Assembly (NCBI GenBank): GCA_963676835.2
Contig: CAXXFF010000002.1
Location: 1,216,001-1,280,000, forward strand
Direction: 5' to 3'
Length of the DNA: 64,000 nucleotides
Source of the DNA: Marispirochaeta sp.
Lineage (GTDB): Bacteria; Spirochaetota; Spirochaetia; JC444; Marispirochaetaceae
Shown here in pieces: positions 8,905-19,233 of the stretch; position 1 is the first letter of the stretch; the number at the start of each line of letters is the position of its first letter. The position numbers and the translations under genes were made by a program. A model generated the notes under the pieces. That model was not told the DNA's origin, made no database searches, and saw nothing but the letters and a program-made list of their open reading frames with translations.

Positions 8905-10776
8905 TCAGCCTGCAGCCGCTGCCTCATTCACTATTCTTATAACTTCTTCTCCGCTTATCTGTTCTTCAGCCATGAGCCGTTCTGCCACCTGGTCCAGGGC
9001 TCCCTGGAATTTTTTCAGCAGATTGTTGGTTGCATCATAGGCTGACATAAGCAGATTGCGGATCTCTTTGTCCACTTCCCGCATGGTTGCTTCGCTGAAC
9101 TCCCTGCCCTGGGAAATCTGTTCTCCCAGAAAGACATTGGTGTGGTCCTGATTGGCAGTAAGCAGCTGCAGAGTCTCTCCCATACCCCATTCGGTAACCA
9201 TCCGGCGTGCCAGCTTTGATGCCTCTTTCAGATCGTTGGCGGCTCCCGATGTCTCTTTGCCGAAAATCAGCATTTCAGCTGAACGTCCGCCCAGAAGTAC
9301 CTTGATACGGTCCGACAGGTAGCCCTTGTCGTAGATGTACTTCTCATCCTTGGGCATCTGTACTGTTACCCCCATGGCGTAGTCCCTGGGGATTACTGTC
9401 ACCTTCAGTACCGGATCGGTATTGGGCAGTGCCGCTGCAGTTACCGCATGACCTGCTTCATGGTAGGCAATTACCTTCTTTTCTTCATCGGTAACGCTCA
9501 GATTCCGGCGTTCGAGACCCATCATAACCTTGTCCCGGGCTTCTTCGATCAGGGCCATGCTTACGGTCTTTTCCCTGCGCCGTGCGGCAAGAATTGCAGC
9601 TTCGTTCAGCAGGTTTTCAAGCTCGGCTCCGGAAAATCCGGGGGTTCCCTGGGCAATCTTGTCCAGATCGATATCCCCCTCAAGGGGTTTGCTTTTTGCG
9701 TGTATTTTCAGAATCTGGGTTCTGTCTTTGGTGGACGGCAGACCGATTGTAATACGCCGGTCGAACCGTCCCGGCCGGAGCAGGGCAGGATCAAGAATGT
9801 CCGGACGGTTGGTTGCGGCAAGAACAATGGTTGAATCGTTCTTTTCAAAGCCGTCCAGCTCGGAGAGCATCTGGTTCAGGGTCTGTTCCCGTTCATCGTG
9901 TCCGCCGCCAAGGCCTGCGCCTCTGTGTCGTCCCACGGAGTCAAGCTCGTCGATGAAGATAATGGAAGGTGAATTCTTCTTGGCATCTGCAAAGAGGCTG
10001 CGTACCCGTGATGCACCTACTCCCACAAACATCTCCATAAAGTCGGAACCGGAAATGTGATAGAAGGGTACATCCGCCTCGCCTGCAATGGCCCGGGCTA
10101 TAAGGGTTTTTCCTGTACCGGGAGGGCCGACAAGAAGAATTCCCCGGGGGATCTTGGCTCCCATGGCAGCATAACGCTCCGGTGATTTCAGGTAGTCTAC
10201 AACCTCCTGAATCTCCTCCTTGGCGCTTTCCAGCCCGGCGACATCGTCAAAACGGACAGACTGTTTTGATTTCTCATACAGCTTCGCCTTGTTTTGGCCT
10301 ACATTGAAGATGTTTCTTCCCTGACTGTTCATTCCTCTGAACATGCGCATGCCGATCCATACCAGCAGAACAATAGGAAGCAGGTTAATCAGGATTGAAA
10401 GAAATGAGAATTCCTGAGGGGGTTCGGTATTTACGTTTACATTGTTGCTTTCCAGCAGGGACATAAGCTCTTCATCGCCAAAGGAAGGGTAGTAGGTGGT
10501 GAAAGCACCGATATTGCCCATACCCTCAATGGTCTGCCCTTTTATGGTTACCTGGGTAACGGCGCCCTCCTGAACCATGGTGCGGAATCGGCTGTAGCTG
10601 ATCTGATTGTCAGCCCCGCCGCGCCCGAAGATGCTTATAACGCTGGGGATCAGCAGGAGAAGGAGTATTCCTGCAATAAAAGGATTAAATCTGAATTTAC
10701 CGTTGCCAAAAGGGAAGGGAAAATTGCCGTTATTCTCCTTATCCTTCCCGTTGCGGTCATTTTCTGGTGTTTGCAT
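8905..10776 (-). CDS. ftsH: ATP-dependent zinc metalloprotease FtsH
   Basis: Two TM segments, Walker A GPPGTGKT, Walker [21 protein letters not shown], zinc site HEAGH; start taken at ATG 10776. Confidence 0.95.
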   Translation of the reverse strand: MQTPENDRNGKDKENNGNFPFPFGNGKFRFNPFIAGILLLLLIPSVISIFGRGGADNQISYSRFRTMVQEGAVTQVTIKGQTIEGMGNIGAFTTYYPSFGDEELMSLLESNNVNVNTEPPQEFSFLSILINLLPIVLLVWIGMRMFRGMNSQGRNIFNVGQNKAKLYEKSKQSVRFDDVAGLESAKEEIQEVVDYLKSPERYAAMGAKIPRGILLVGPPGTGKTLIARAIAGEADVPFYHISGSDFMEMFVGVGASRVRSLFADAKKNSPSIIFIDELDSVGRHRGAGLGGGHDEREQTLNQMLSELDGFEKNDSTIVLAATNRPDILDPALLRPGRFDRRITIGLPSTKDRTQILKIHAKSKPLEGDIDLDKIAQGTPGFSGAELENLLNEAAILAARRREKTVSMALIEEARDKVMMGLERRNLSVTDEEKKVIAYHEAGHAVTAAALPNTDPVLKVTVIPRDYAMGVTVQMPKDEKYIYDKGYLSDRIKVLLGGRSAEMLIFGKETSGAANDLKEASKLARRMVTEWGMGETLQLLTANQDHTNVFLGEQISQGREFSEATMREVDKEIRNLLMSAYDATNNLLKKFQGALDQVAERLMAEEQISGEEVIRIVNEAAAAG

Positions 10777-10910
10777 ATTGGGTACAAAGGTAGCCTTAGA
10801 ATACGCCGTAGTCAACCATAGAATCCCCCTGCCCAACCTTGAGATTAGCTGGGAAAAAGGGGTAGTATGGATAAATCTTCCCTGTTTCTGGTTTAAGAGG
10901 TTGTAACATA

Positions 10911-11681
10911 ATGGGAATACTCGAATTTGACAGTGTAAGTCTGGAGCTTGACGGCAACCGGATTCTGAATAATCTAACCCTCGATTTCTGGGAGGGCCAT
11001 GTTCATGCTGTTGTAGGCCCCAACGGCGCAGGCAAATCGACCCTTGCCATGACGGTTATGGGGCTCTCCGGCTATGAACACTTTACCGGTGATATCCGCT
11101 TTAACGGCCGGTCCTTAAAGGGGATGACCGTGGATGAGCGGGCCCGCCAGGGGATTACCCTTGCATGGCAGGAGCCTGCGCGCTTTGAGGGAATAAGTGT
11201 GGGCGCATATATCGGTGCGGGAAAGCCCGGGGCGACTTCGGCCGAAATAGATGAAGCCCTGAATCTGGTCGGCTTATCGCCTCTCCGATACCGTCCCCGA
11301 AAAGTTGATAAGACCCTTTCCGGCGGAGAGCGTAAGCGTATTGAACTTGCCTCCATTGCACTTATGAAGCCGAAAATTGTGCTTATGGACGAGCCTGACT
11401 CCGGTGTCGATATTGAAGCGGTCAATTTCATATTCAAGGTAATTGAACAGCTTAAAGCCGGGGGAACCACAATCATTCTTATTACCCACAGTCCGGAAGT
11501 GCTGAAGCATGCGGACCACGGCTTTCTGCTGTGTCATGGACAGATGATGGATAAGGGTAATACCCAAGAGATGCTGGCCTATTTCAGCGGCAAGTGTATT
11601 CCCTGTAACCATAAAAATGCACCCGAACTGACAGAGCTTTTTCCCGCTGATATTTCTGCTGACACTAAAGGATCTTTATAA
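10911..11681 (+). CDS. SufC-like ABC ATPase (SmsC type)
   Basis: GPNGAGKST, LSGGERKRIE and DEPDSG; C-terminal CIPCNH; overlaps the next gene by 1 nt. Confidence 0.82.
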   Translation: MGILEFDSVSLELDGNRILNNLTLDFWEGHVHAVVGPNGAGKSTLAMTVMGLSGYEHFTGDIRFNGRSLKGMTVDERARQGITLAWQEPARFEGISVGAYIGAGKPGATSAEIDEALNLVGLSPLRYRPRKVDKTLSGGERKRIELASIALMKPKIVLMDEPDSGVDIEAVNFIFKVIEQLKAGGTTIILITHSPEVLKHADHGFLLCHGQMMDKGNTQEMLAYFSGKCIPCNHKNAPELTELFPADISADTKGSL

Positions 11682-12610
11682 TGAGTACCAATCCCGCTGT
11701 AGATAAACTGTTAGCATCTATAAATTCCCATAAAAAGGTTCTGGAAGGAGCTGCCCATCTGGAACTGGACGGTAATAAAATCGTTGGATCCGGAACGGTA
11801 AACGGTTTTCATATGGAAAGCGATACCGACGGCGATGGACTGATTCTGCGGATCCGGGTTGAACGGGGAATCAGGCTTGCCAAACCGGTGCATCTCTGCT
11901 TCGGCATGCTTCCGGAAGAGGGAGTTCAGAAGATTGACATGCAGGTGGATGTGGAGGATGAAGCGGCAGTCTCTTTTACCGCCCACTGTACCTTTCCCAA
12001 TGCGGTGGATGTGCAGCATCTGATGAATGCCCGGCTGAATGTTGGGGTTAACGCGAAATACTCATATTTCGAGCGCCATGTGCATGCCGAGTCGGGTGGG
12101 ATCCACACCGTGCCAAAAGCGCTGATCACCCTTGCGGAAGGGGCTCAGTTTAAAACCGAATTTGAGCTGTTAAAAGGCCGGGTGGGGATTATGGATATAG
12201 ACTACTCAGCCATAGCCCAGGCAAAGAGCATGCTGGATATGACCACCCGGGTCTACGGCCGCGGGGACGATAAAATCAAGATCCGGGAGGCCGCCACCCT
12301 GGAAGGAGAAGGCGCCACCGGGGTGCTGGTAAGCCATCTGGCGGTTCGGGGAGATTCCGAGGCAGAGATCTACAGCGATCTTACCGCTAATGCTGCTCAC
12401 TGCCGCGGCCATGTTGACTGCAAGGAGATCGTTCAGGACCGGGGTAAAGCCCGGGCTATCCCTATTGTTGCGGTGAATCATCCCCTGGCGCATATAACCC
12501 ATGAAGCGGCCATCGGTTCGGTGGACTCAAAACAGCTTCAGACCCTGATGGCCCGGGGACTTGATGAAGAGGCGGCGACTGATCTGATTATTCAGGGGCT
12601 GTTGAGCTGA
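11681..12610 (+). CDS. Short SufB/SufD-family Fe-S scaffold (SmsB type)
   Basis: PVHLCFG, RGHVDCKEIV and THEAAIGSVD...LMARGL. Confidence 0.85.
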   Translation: MSTNPAVDKLLASINSHKKVLEGAAHLELDGNKIVGSGTVNGFHMESDTDGDGLILRIRVERGIRLAKPVHLCFGMLPEEGVQKIDMQVDVEDEAAVSFTAHCTFPNAVDVQHLMNARLNVGVNAKYSYFERHVHAESGGIHTVPKALITLAEGAQFKTEFELLKGRVGIMDIDYSAIAQAKSMLDMTTRVYGRGDDKIKIREAATLEGEGATGVLVSHLAVRGDSEAEIYSDLTANAAHCRGHVDCKEIVQDRGKARAIPIVAVNHPLAHITHEAAIGSVDSKQLQTLMARGLDEEAATDLIIQGLLS

Positions 12611-12761
12611 TTTTGCAGGCATTGATCCCGAAAAAAGATTTGCTGTTCTATAGCGGTTATTTTTTATCCTATGTGTCTATGTGAGTCCAGTCGTATGGGC
12701 TATATTGCCAGTGGTCGTCCATAATTGCTTATAGGGCTTGAATATGGTATCATTAGCCGTG

Positions 12762-12941
12762 ATGACCAAGTCTGTGACTGTTAAAAAACTCCACGAAAAA
12801 TCAAAGCACAGGGATCGTGATTTCTGGTTGTCAAAAGATCCAGTAGAGCGGTTAAATGCCGTCGAATTCCTCAGGAAGCAGTTTTATGCTGAATATCCCG
12901 AAAGACTTCAGAGAGTTTATACAATTACTAAACTCAAATAA
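12762..12941 (+). CDS. Small protein, putative partner or antitoxin of the downstream nucleotidyltransferase
   Basis: DRDFWLSKDPVERLNAVEFLR...RLQRV pattern typical of small genes preceding this NTase family; overlaps the next ORF; TTGCTT-17-TATCAT promoter upstream. Confidence 0.6.
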   Translation: MTKSVTVKKLHEKSKHRDRDFWLSKDPVERLNAVEFLRKQFYAEYPERLQRVYTITKLK

Positions 12942-13329
12942 TGTCCGATATCTTGTTGTCGGCGGATATGCTGTCGCTTATTACGGCTATCCGCGATATA
13001 CCGGCGACATAGATTTCTTTCTTGAATGTACTGAAGATAACGCCTCAGCTGTAATCCGGTGTCTTGAAGAATTCGGTTTGCAATCACTTGGAATAAGCAG
13101 AAAAGATCTTTTATCGCCCAATCAGGTAATACAGATAGGATATCCGCCGTTAAGGATCGATCTGCTAACAGCCGTCGATGGGGTATTATTTGAAAATGCA
13201 TGGGATAATCGCGTAATTGTAGATCTCGAGGATCTTAAAGTAAATTTTATTGGCAAAGATGATTTGAATACGAATAAAAGAAGTACCGGAAGGCTTAAAG
13301 ATCAGGCGGATGCGGAAGAGTTGATGTAG
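12886..13329 (+). CDS. Minimal nucleotidyltransferase-family protein
   Basis: YLVVGGYAVAYYGYPRYTGDIDF (GG...DxD) and C-terminal KRSTGRLKDQAD. Confidence 0.8.
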   Translation: MLNIPKDFREFIQLLNSNNVRYLVVGGYAVAYYGYPRYTGDIDFFLECTEDNASAVIRCLEEFGLQSLGISRKDLLSPNQVIQIGYPPLRIDLLTAVDGVLFENAWDNRVIVDLEDLKVNFIGKDDLNTNKRSTGRLKDQADAEELM

Positions 13330-13401
13330 ACTGGCCTCGGATTCTGTTCCGGCTGTGATAGAAACATTGCCGGAGCTTTCACGGGAGTGTATATTTTTCC
13401 C

Positions 13402-14544
13402 ATGAAAGGTAAGCGGACGCGCATTACCATACTTCCGTTTGTCTTGGGGTTCTTGTTTTCCTCATGCGGCAGCGGTGCTGGTTCTCATGTGGATACAAGC
13501 TGGGCTGACACTAAAGCCGGAGCGGCAGTATCGCTGACTTTGACCGATGAGTGGGAAACGCCGGAATCTGTCTCCATTGCCACCTCAGGTTGGGAAGACG
13601 GCATAAATGTAAGCCGCGATGGTCTGAATCTTTACGCTACGTACATACCTGCGGATTTTCTCTCCTTTACGCTGTCCGGCGATTTTGTTGACCAGCTTCC
13701 CCTCTATCAGCGGGGGCCGACGTATGCCATGGACTTTGACGGCAGTAGTATCGGTGTGGACTATACTTGGCTTCACAGTGATATTATCTATGCCCACCGC
13801 TCATCCACGGCTGAAGACTTCGGCTCCTGGCAATTGTCCAGTATGGCCCGGGCCGTTTTCAGCGAAGGGGCTGTTACTCTTGTGCAGGATGGTTCCGGTG
13901 ATATCGATATTATGGCTTTTACCAGTAATGAGGATTCTGATACAGATGATTTGGTGGACGAATTGAATAATTTCAGGACTATTTCAGATACCTCTGCTGA
14001 CCCTGTTTCGTCCGGGGTTAATGATCCTTATTTAACACCAGTTGATACCAGTCTCACACCGCCATTAGTTAATTCCAGATATACCGAGGACAATCCCCAT
14101 CTGGAGCGGCTGGACGCAAGCACCCTTGTTCTTTTTTTTGACAGCCCCGATCGCCCCGGAGGAACGGGAGACATTGATATCTGGTATTCTACCAGCAGCG
14201 ACAATGGCGCAAACTGGACAACCCCGTTGCCGGTTACCTCAATCAATACCGTATCAAAAGAGCATCAGCCTCATCTGTTCCACGACGGCAGCAGCTGGTG
14301 GCTCTACTATTCCGCCTATCACAGCGACGGGAAGCTGGCTATATTCCGGGCACAGCAGCAGACGGCAAGCTGGGATGACTGGGGCTCTCCTGAACTGGTT
14401 ATCTCTGCCGGTAACACCGGCGGGGTGGGGGAACCAACATTAACAGATGATGGTGACCTCTTTTTTGTGGTGATTCTGGATAATTCTGAGGGATCATCCT
14501 ATGACCGCTATGATGGAGACCCCTGGATGGCAATCCACAAATAA
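13402..14544 (+). CDS. Acidic lipoprotein with PD40/BNR-like beta-propeller repeats
   Basis: Lipobox FLFSSC; repeats such as PHL...LFFDSPDRPGGTGDIDIWYSTSSDNGANW. Confidence 0.7.
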   Translation: MKGKRTRITILPFVLGFLFSSCGSGAGSHVDTSWADTKAGAAVSLTLTDEWETPESVSIATSGWEDGINVSRDGLNLYATYIPADFLSFTLSGDFVDQLPLYQRGPTYAMDFDGSSIGVDYTWLHSDIIYAHRSSTAEDFGSWQLSSMARAVFSEGAVTLVQDGSGDIDIMAFTSNEDSDTDDLVDELNNFRTISDTSADPVSSGVNDPYLTPVDTSLTPPLVNSRYTEDNPHLERLDASTLVLFFDSPDRPGGTGDIDIWYSTSSDNGANWTTPLPVTSINTVSKEHQPHLFHDGSSWWLYYSAYHSDGKLAIFRAQQQTASWDDWGSPELVISAGNTGGVGEPTLTDDGDLFFVVILDNSEGSSYDRYDGDPWMAIHK

Positions 14545-14770
14545 TATATTGGTATTTTTCCCGTATATCCTTTCTGGTCGCATACTTGTTCCCCGGGGGT
14601 ATGCGCAGAAATTTGCCGGATGAACAAGATTATTACGTAATTGTAAAGATTACATGCGCTGGTCAATTATCTTTTTTCCGGATAACGAATTAATAATACC
14701 TTCAATCTGTTCAATCCCGTTCGGGTGTGATAGCTTTATTGCTGTTACCCCAGGTACCCGGAGTCTGCAT

Positions 14771-17641
14771 ATGAACTCAAAAACCTTGTCTCTTTTCATT
14801 CTTATGGCGTGTACCGCCTTTTCTGCCTTTTCTGATACTTCCGATCCTCTTCTACGGCTGAATACGGAGATGCATACAGCGCCTATCAGGGCTATCGACA
14901 CAGATGCTGAATACCGCTTTGTTCTCACCGCAGGAGACGATAGAGTTGCACGCCTGTGGGATGCTGCTTCCGGCCGTCTTCTGAAGATTCTACGACCTTT
15001 TATTGGAGAAGGTAATGATGGACGGCTTTATTCCTGCGCCTTGTCTCCCGATGGGACTGAGGCTGTCGTGGGAGGATGGACCGGCCCTAGCGGGGATAAA
15101 TCCCTCTATTTTTTCAATACCGCTTCGGGTTCTCTAACCCATAGAATTGACGGCTTTAAAGATGTCATCAACTGTCTGAAATACTCTGATAACGGACGCT
15201 ATCTGGCTGCTGGTTTGGGTGGATCTAATGGCGTTTCTGTTATCTCTTTGCGGAACCACTCTGTTTACAAGCAGCTGGATGGATACAGCGCTCAGGTAAA
15301 GGGGTTATCGTTTTTCAGTGATGGGCGTCTGGCAGTTGTCTCCTATGATGGAGGAGTTCGTCTATACGACCGGCAGTTCGGGCTGGTGAAAAAGGTTCAG
15401 CTTGATAAAGAAAGCAGCCCCCGGGGTGTTGCGGTTTCTCCGGATGACAGCCGGATTGCCATTGCCTACTATAACAGCAGCAAGGTGGAAGTATACGACG
15501 GCATGAGTCTGAGACTTCTTTACACTGCAGACAGTGATGGAATAGATGAAAATGACGGCATGGTTAATGTTGCCTGGTCTTCTGACGGGCGCTATCTCTA
15601 TGCTGGCGGGCGCTACTCCAAATCCTTCGACGGAAAATGGTGGAGGGTTGTGCGCCGATGGGATAATCAGGGCCGTGGCATCTATGAAGATTTTCCCGGC
15701 AGCGGAAACACCATATGGGGACTGGTTTCCCTGAATAATGGGAACCTGCTGGTTGCAGGACACCGGCCCGACTGGGCACGTATAAATAACGCCGGCGAAC
15801 AGAGCCTTTACCGGGAGGGCATGATCCTCTCATTCCGACCGAAAAGCTTTGACAAGGATATGCTGTTAAACCCGGATGCCAGTAAAGTTACCTTTAAGCC
15901 AATGTCTGTCGATCCCATGACATTTTCCATTTCCGAACTCAGTCTGACGGAAGGCAGCTTTGAGGGGAATGCTTTCCGCTCCCAGGTGGGCGGAATAACG
16001 GTGACGGACTGGGATAACGGTGAAAATCCCCGCATAAACGGAACCCTTGTAGAAGGTTTCTCAAAATCTGAATTATGCCGAAGTGTCTCGGTTTCCCCCG
16101 ATGGAGATACGGTGATTCTCGGAACAGGCTGGTACTTGAGGGCCTATAATGCGGAAGCAGAATTGCTCTGGAAGATTCCTTCACCCGGTGAAAACTGGGC
16201 GGTAAACTGCTCTGCCGATGGAAAAACCGTGGTTGTTGGCCTTGGTGACGGGACTCTCCGCTGGTACAGACTTTCCGACGGCAAAGAGCTCTTAAATCTC
16301 TTTGTTCATTCTGACTGCAAACGCTGGGTCCTCTGGACACCCTCGGGTTACTATGCCTGTTCTCCTTCCGGAGAGGACCTGATCGGATGGCATATAAACC
16401 ATGGCCGGGACAGATCTGCTGATTTCTTCAGTGCATCCCGTTTTTCAGAGCGTTTCTACCGTCCGGATGTTGTTGCCCTTATGCTGGAAACTCTTGATGA
16501 GGACCAGGCCATAACCAGGGCTAACCGCCAGCGGAATATCCGGACAACCAACGCGAGCATTGCATCCATACTTCCTCCGGTTCTTGCTATACTTTCTCCC
16601 TCCGAAGGAGCAACTCACAGTTCTTCAACTATTCAGCTGCGCTATTCCGTACGAACTCCAAATAATGATCCTGTTCAGGAGGTGAGGGCAATGGTGAACG
16701 GCCGCCCGGTGGAAACTTCCCGGGGATTGAAGCTTGTCGCCTCCGGTTCCAGCGGAACTGAACAGTCTATAAATATTTCTCTTATGCCGGGAGAAAACTA
16801 CATCTCCCTCATGGCAAAGAATTCAACCTCATGGAGTGATCCTGCCACTGTTATGGTGAAGTACCAGGAACGGCAGCAATCATTTGTGGCAAAGCCGAAA
16901 CTCTATATTCTGGCAGTGGGGGTTTCGGATTACGCCAATCCTGATTACCGTCTTAATTATGCCGCCAAGGATGCCCGGGATTTTGCTGCAACCATGAAGG
17001 CCCAGGAGGGAGGGATTTATGAGGATGTTGAAATAAGGCTCCTCACCGACAAGGATGCAACCCAGGATAACGTTTTTGACGGTCTGGACTGGATACGGGG
17101 CCAGGCTACGGCTCGGGATGTTGCCATGATTTTTGTGGCGGGCCACGGGATTAATGATAACTCAGGCCGCCTCTATTACCTGACTCACGAGGCGGATGTG
17201 GACCGGCTGCGCCGGACCAGTGTTGCCGCCGATGAGTTTACCCAGACTATTCAATCCATTCCCGGCAAGGTTCTCTACTTTATGGACACCTGCCACTCCG
17301 GCGGGGTGAACATAGCCTCCCGCAGAGGGATCAATAGTGTAGATATGACGGGAATTATCAACGAGCTCTCTTCCGCCGAGAGCGGAGCGGTGGTTTTTGC
17401 CTCCTCTTCCGGAAAGCAGTACTCCCTGGAGGACGCAAGCTGGGGTAACGGTGCCTTTACCAAGGCCCTTATCGAGGGGCTCAAGGGTGGTGCGGACTAC
17501 ACCGGAAGCGGTAAAATAACTATCAATATGCTGGATCTGTATATTTCCGAACGGGTAAAGGAACTTACCCGGGGGCAGCAGACGCCGACCACTGCCAAAC
17601 CTGACACAGTGCCGGATTATCCGGTGGCGGTTAACGAATAG
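14771..17641 (+). CDS. Exported WD40 beta-propeller, Ig-like and caspase (peptidase C14) protein
   Basis: Signal peptide; WD40 repeats (TAGDDRVARLWD, SPDG); catalytic dyad FVAGHG and MDTCHSG. Confidence 0.88.
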   Translation: MNSKTLSLFILMACTAFSAFSDTSDPLLRLNTEMHTAPIRAIDTDAEYRFVLTAGDDRVARLWDAASGRLLKILRPFIGEGNDGRLYSCALSPDGTEAVVGGWTGPSGDKSLYFFNTASGSLTHRIDGFKDVINCLKYSDNGRYLAAGLGGSNGVSVISLRNHSVYKQLDGYSAQVKGLSFFSDGRLAVVSYDGGVRLYDRQFGLVKKVQLDKESSPRGVAVSPDDSRIAIAYYNSSKVEVYDGMSLRLLYTADSDGIDENDGMVNVAWSSDGRYLYAGGRYSKSFDGKWWRVVRRWDNQGRGIYEDFPGSGNTIWGLVSLNNGNLLVAGHRPDWARINNAGEQSLYREGMILSFRPKSFDKDMLLNPDASKVTFKPMSVDPMTFSISELSLTEGSFEGNAFRSQVGGITVTDWDNGENPRINGTLVEGFSKSELCRSVSVSPDGDTVILGTGWYLRAYNAEAELLWKIPSPGENWAVNCSADGKTVVVGLGDGTLRWYRLSDGKELLNLFVHSDCKRWVLWTPSGYYACSPSGEDLIGWHINHGRDRSADFFSASRFSERFYRPDVVALMLETLDEDQAITRANRQRNIRTTNASIASILPPVLAILSPSEGATHSSSTIQLRYSVRTPNNDPVQEVRAMVNGRPVETSRGLKLVASGSSGTEQSINISLMPGENYISLMAKNSTSWSDPATVMVKYQERQQSFVAKPKLYILAVGVSDYANPDYRLNYAAKDARDFAATMKAQEGGIYEDVEIRLLTDKDATQDNVFDGLDWIRGQATARDVAMIFVAGHGINDNSGRLYYLTHEADVDRLRRTSVAADEFTQTIQSIPGKVLYFMDTCHSGGVNIASRRGINSVDMTGIINELSSAESGAVVFASSSGKQYSLEDASWGNGAFTKALIEGLKGGADYTGSGKITINMLDLYISERVKELTRGQQTPTTAKPDTVPDYPVAVNE

Positions 17642-17675
17642 ATTTTAGAGGATTTTTTGTTTAGAAGGTGATGAC

Positions 17676-19211
17676 ATGCGAATTAAAAGTATTAGTGTAA
17701 GTATTCTTGTTCTGTTTGTTTCAGTACAGCTCTTTTCCCTGCCCCGCTGGGCGCGGGAATACGGGGCGGTAACCCCCTACAATACGGAGGAAAACGTTAC
17801 CGGATTCGGAACCTCCGAGTACGGTGATGACATCCCCATGGAGGCGGCAAAGCTCCGGGCCGCAGACGACCTGATCCGCAAGGTGAAGGTGGAGATAAAG
17901 AGTAATATAACCCTCACTGCCAATGATACTTCCGGCCGCGGATCTTCCGGGATGGATCTGGTGACCACCAGTACCAGTGTACTTCAGCTGGAAGGTATCG
18001 AATACGAGACGGAACGGGACGGCAGCACCTGGTATGCCCTTGCCCATATAAGCAGGGATTCCATTGCCCGCACATACAAGCAGAAGGCGAAGGAGACTGT
18101 AACGGATCTTGAGGCAGGTCTTTCCCAGTGTGATTCCGCTTTTAACGCCGGAAAAAACAGCGACGCCTATGACCTGGCAGTCAATCTTCTGCCCTTGTTT
18201 GACCGGCTTAAGGATGAAGCGGGCATCTACCGCTTTGCAGCGGCCGCATCCCTGCCTGCAGAAGTTTACGGACGCCGTATCAGCAACGACGGCAAGGCAG
18301 CCTATGAACTGGCACAGCTGAAAAGCCGCATCCGGGACCTTTCCGGTTCCGATGCCGCTGATCCGGCAGATGCCGTGCGGCGGATTGCCGCCATGTTCGC
18401 CGAACAGGGAATTTCGGCCTCGGACTTTACCGTCGCTCCTTTCCTCTTTCAGAATACCGACTTTTCCAGCCAGTTCGGCCAGTACATGGGCCAGCGCCTG
18501 CGGAGCGAACTGCTGAAGCGGCTGCCGCCGGTACGGGGCAAAGCTGCAGTTGCTGTACAGGGCCGCTACCTGGTGCGGGAGGGCAAGGTAGAGCTTTCTG
18601 TCTCCGCCCGCAGTGTGGACGGAAGCTCAAGCGGATCCGCCTGGGCGGAGTTTCCCGAAGTCAAACTGCCGGGAGATCTGTCGGTGGAACCCGGCAACTA
18701 CGCGGAAGCCATTCAGGACATGCTGCAGCTTGCCGACGGGGCCCTTGTTGACGGCGGCTTGAGTATCGAGGCCTGGACGAACCGCGGACGGGATGCGGAG
18801 AGCCTGGTTTTCGGCGACGGGGAGGAGCTTGAGCTCTATTTCCGGGTGAATCAGCCTGCCTTTATTCAGATTACCTATGCTCTTGCTACTGGAGAAAAGG
18901 TGCTGCTGGATGAGAGCTACTATATCGGCGATGACAAGGTAAACCGGGTGGTTAAATACCCTTATGCCTTTGAGGTATGTGCTCCCTATGGAGTTGAACG
19001 GATGATTATAAGTGCCTTCAGCAAGGAACCGCCGAAACCGAATGTAATAATCCGGCTTATTGACGGTGAGGAGTACGAGGTTTTTACCAGTGCAGCTGCT
19101 GCTGTCATGCAGACCCGGGGAGTTCACCGTGTCAGGGAAAAGGATGACGACGGCATGAAGACCGGAGAAATGATCCTGACCATGACCACCGTGCCGAAGC
19201 TGGCCGATTAA
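17676..19211 (+). CDS. Exported LPP20-like, FlgO-like and C-terminal DUF4384-like protein
   Basis: Signal peptide; LPRWA...TGFG; SQFGQYM; GEELELYFRVNQPAFI...APYGVE. Confidence 0.6.
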   Translation: MRIKSISVSILVLFVSVQLFSLPRWAREYGAVTPYNTEENVTGFGTSEYGDDIPMEAAKLRAADDLIRKVKVEIKSNITLTANDTSGRGSSGMDLVTTSTSVLQLEGIEYETERDGSTWYALAHISRDSIARTYKQKAKETVTDLEAGLSQCDSAFNAGKNSDAYDLAVNLLPLFDRLKDEAGIYRFAAAASLPAEVYGRRISNDGKAAYELAQLKSRIRDLSGSDAADPADAVRRIAAMFAEQGISASDFTVAPFLFQNTDFSSQFGQYMGQRLRSELLKRLPPVRGKAAVAVQGRYLVREGKVELSVSARSVDGSSSGSAWAEFPEVKLPGDLSVEPGNYAEAIQDMLQLADGALVDGGLSIEAWTNRGRDAESLVFGDGEELELYFRVNQPAFIQITYALATGEKVLLDESYYIGDDKVNRVVKYPYAFEVCAPYGVERMIISAFSKEPPKPNVIIRLIDGEEYEVFTSAAAAVMQTRGVHRVREKDDDGMKTGEMILTMTTVPKLAD

Positions 19212-19233
19212 TAAAGGTTCCGGATAGTTTCTC

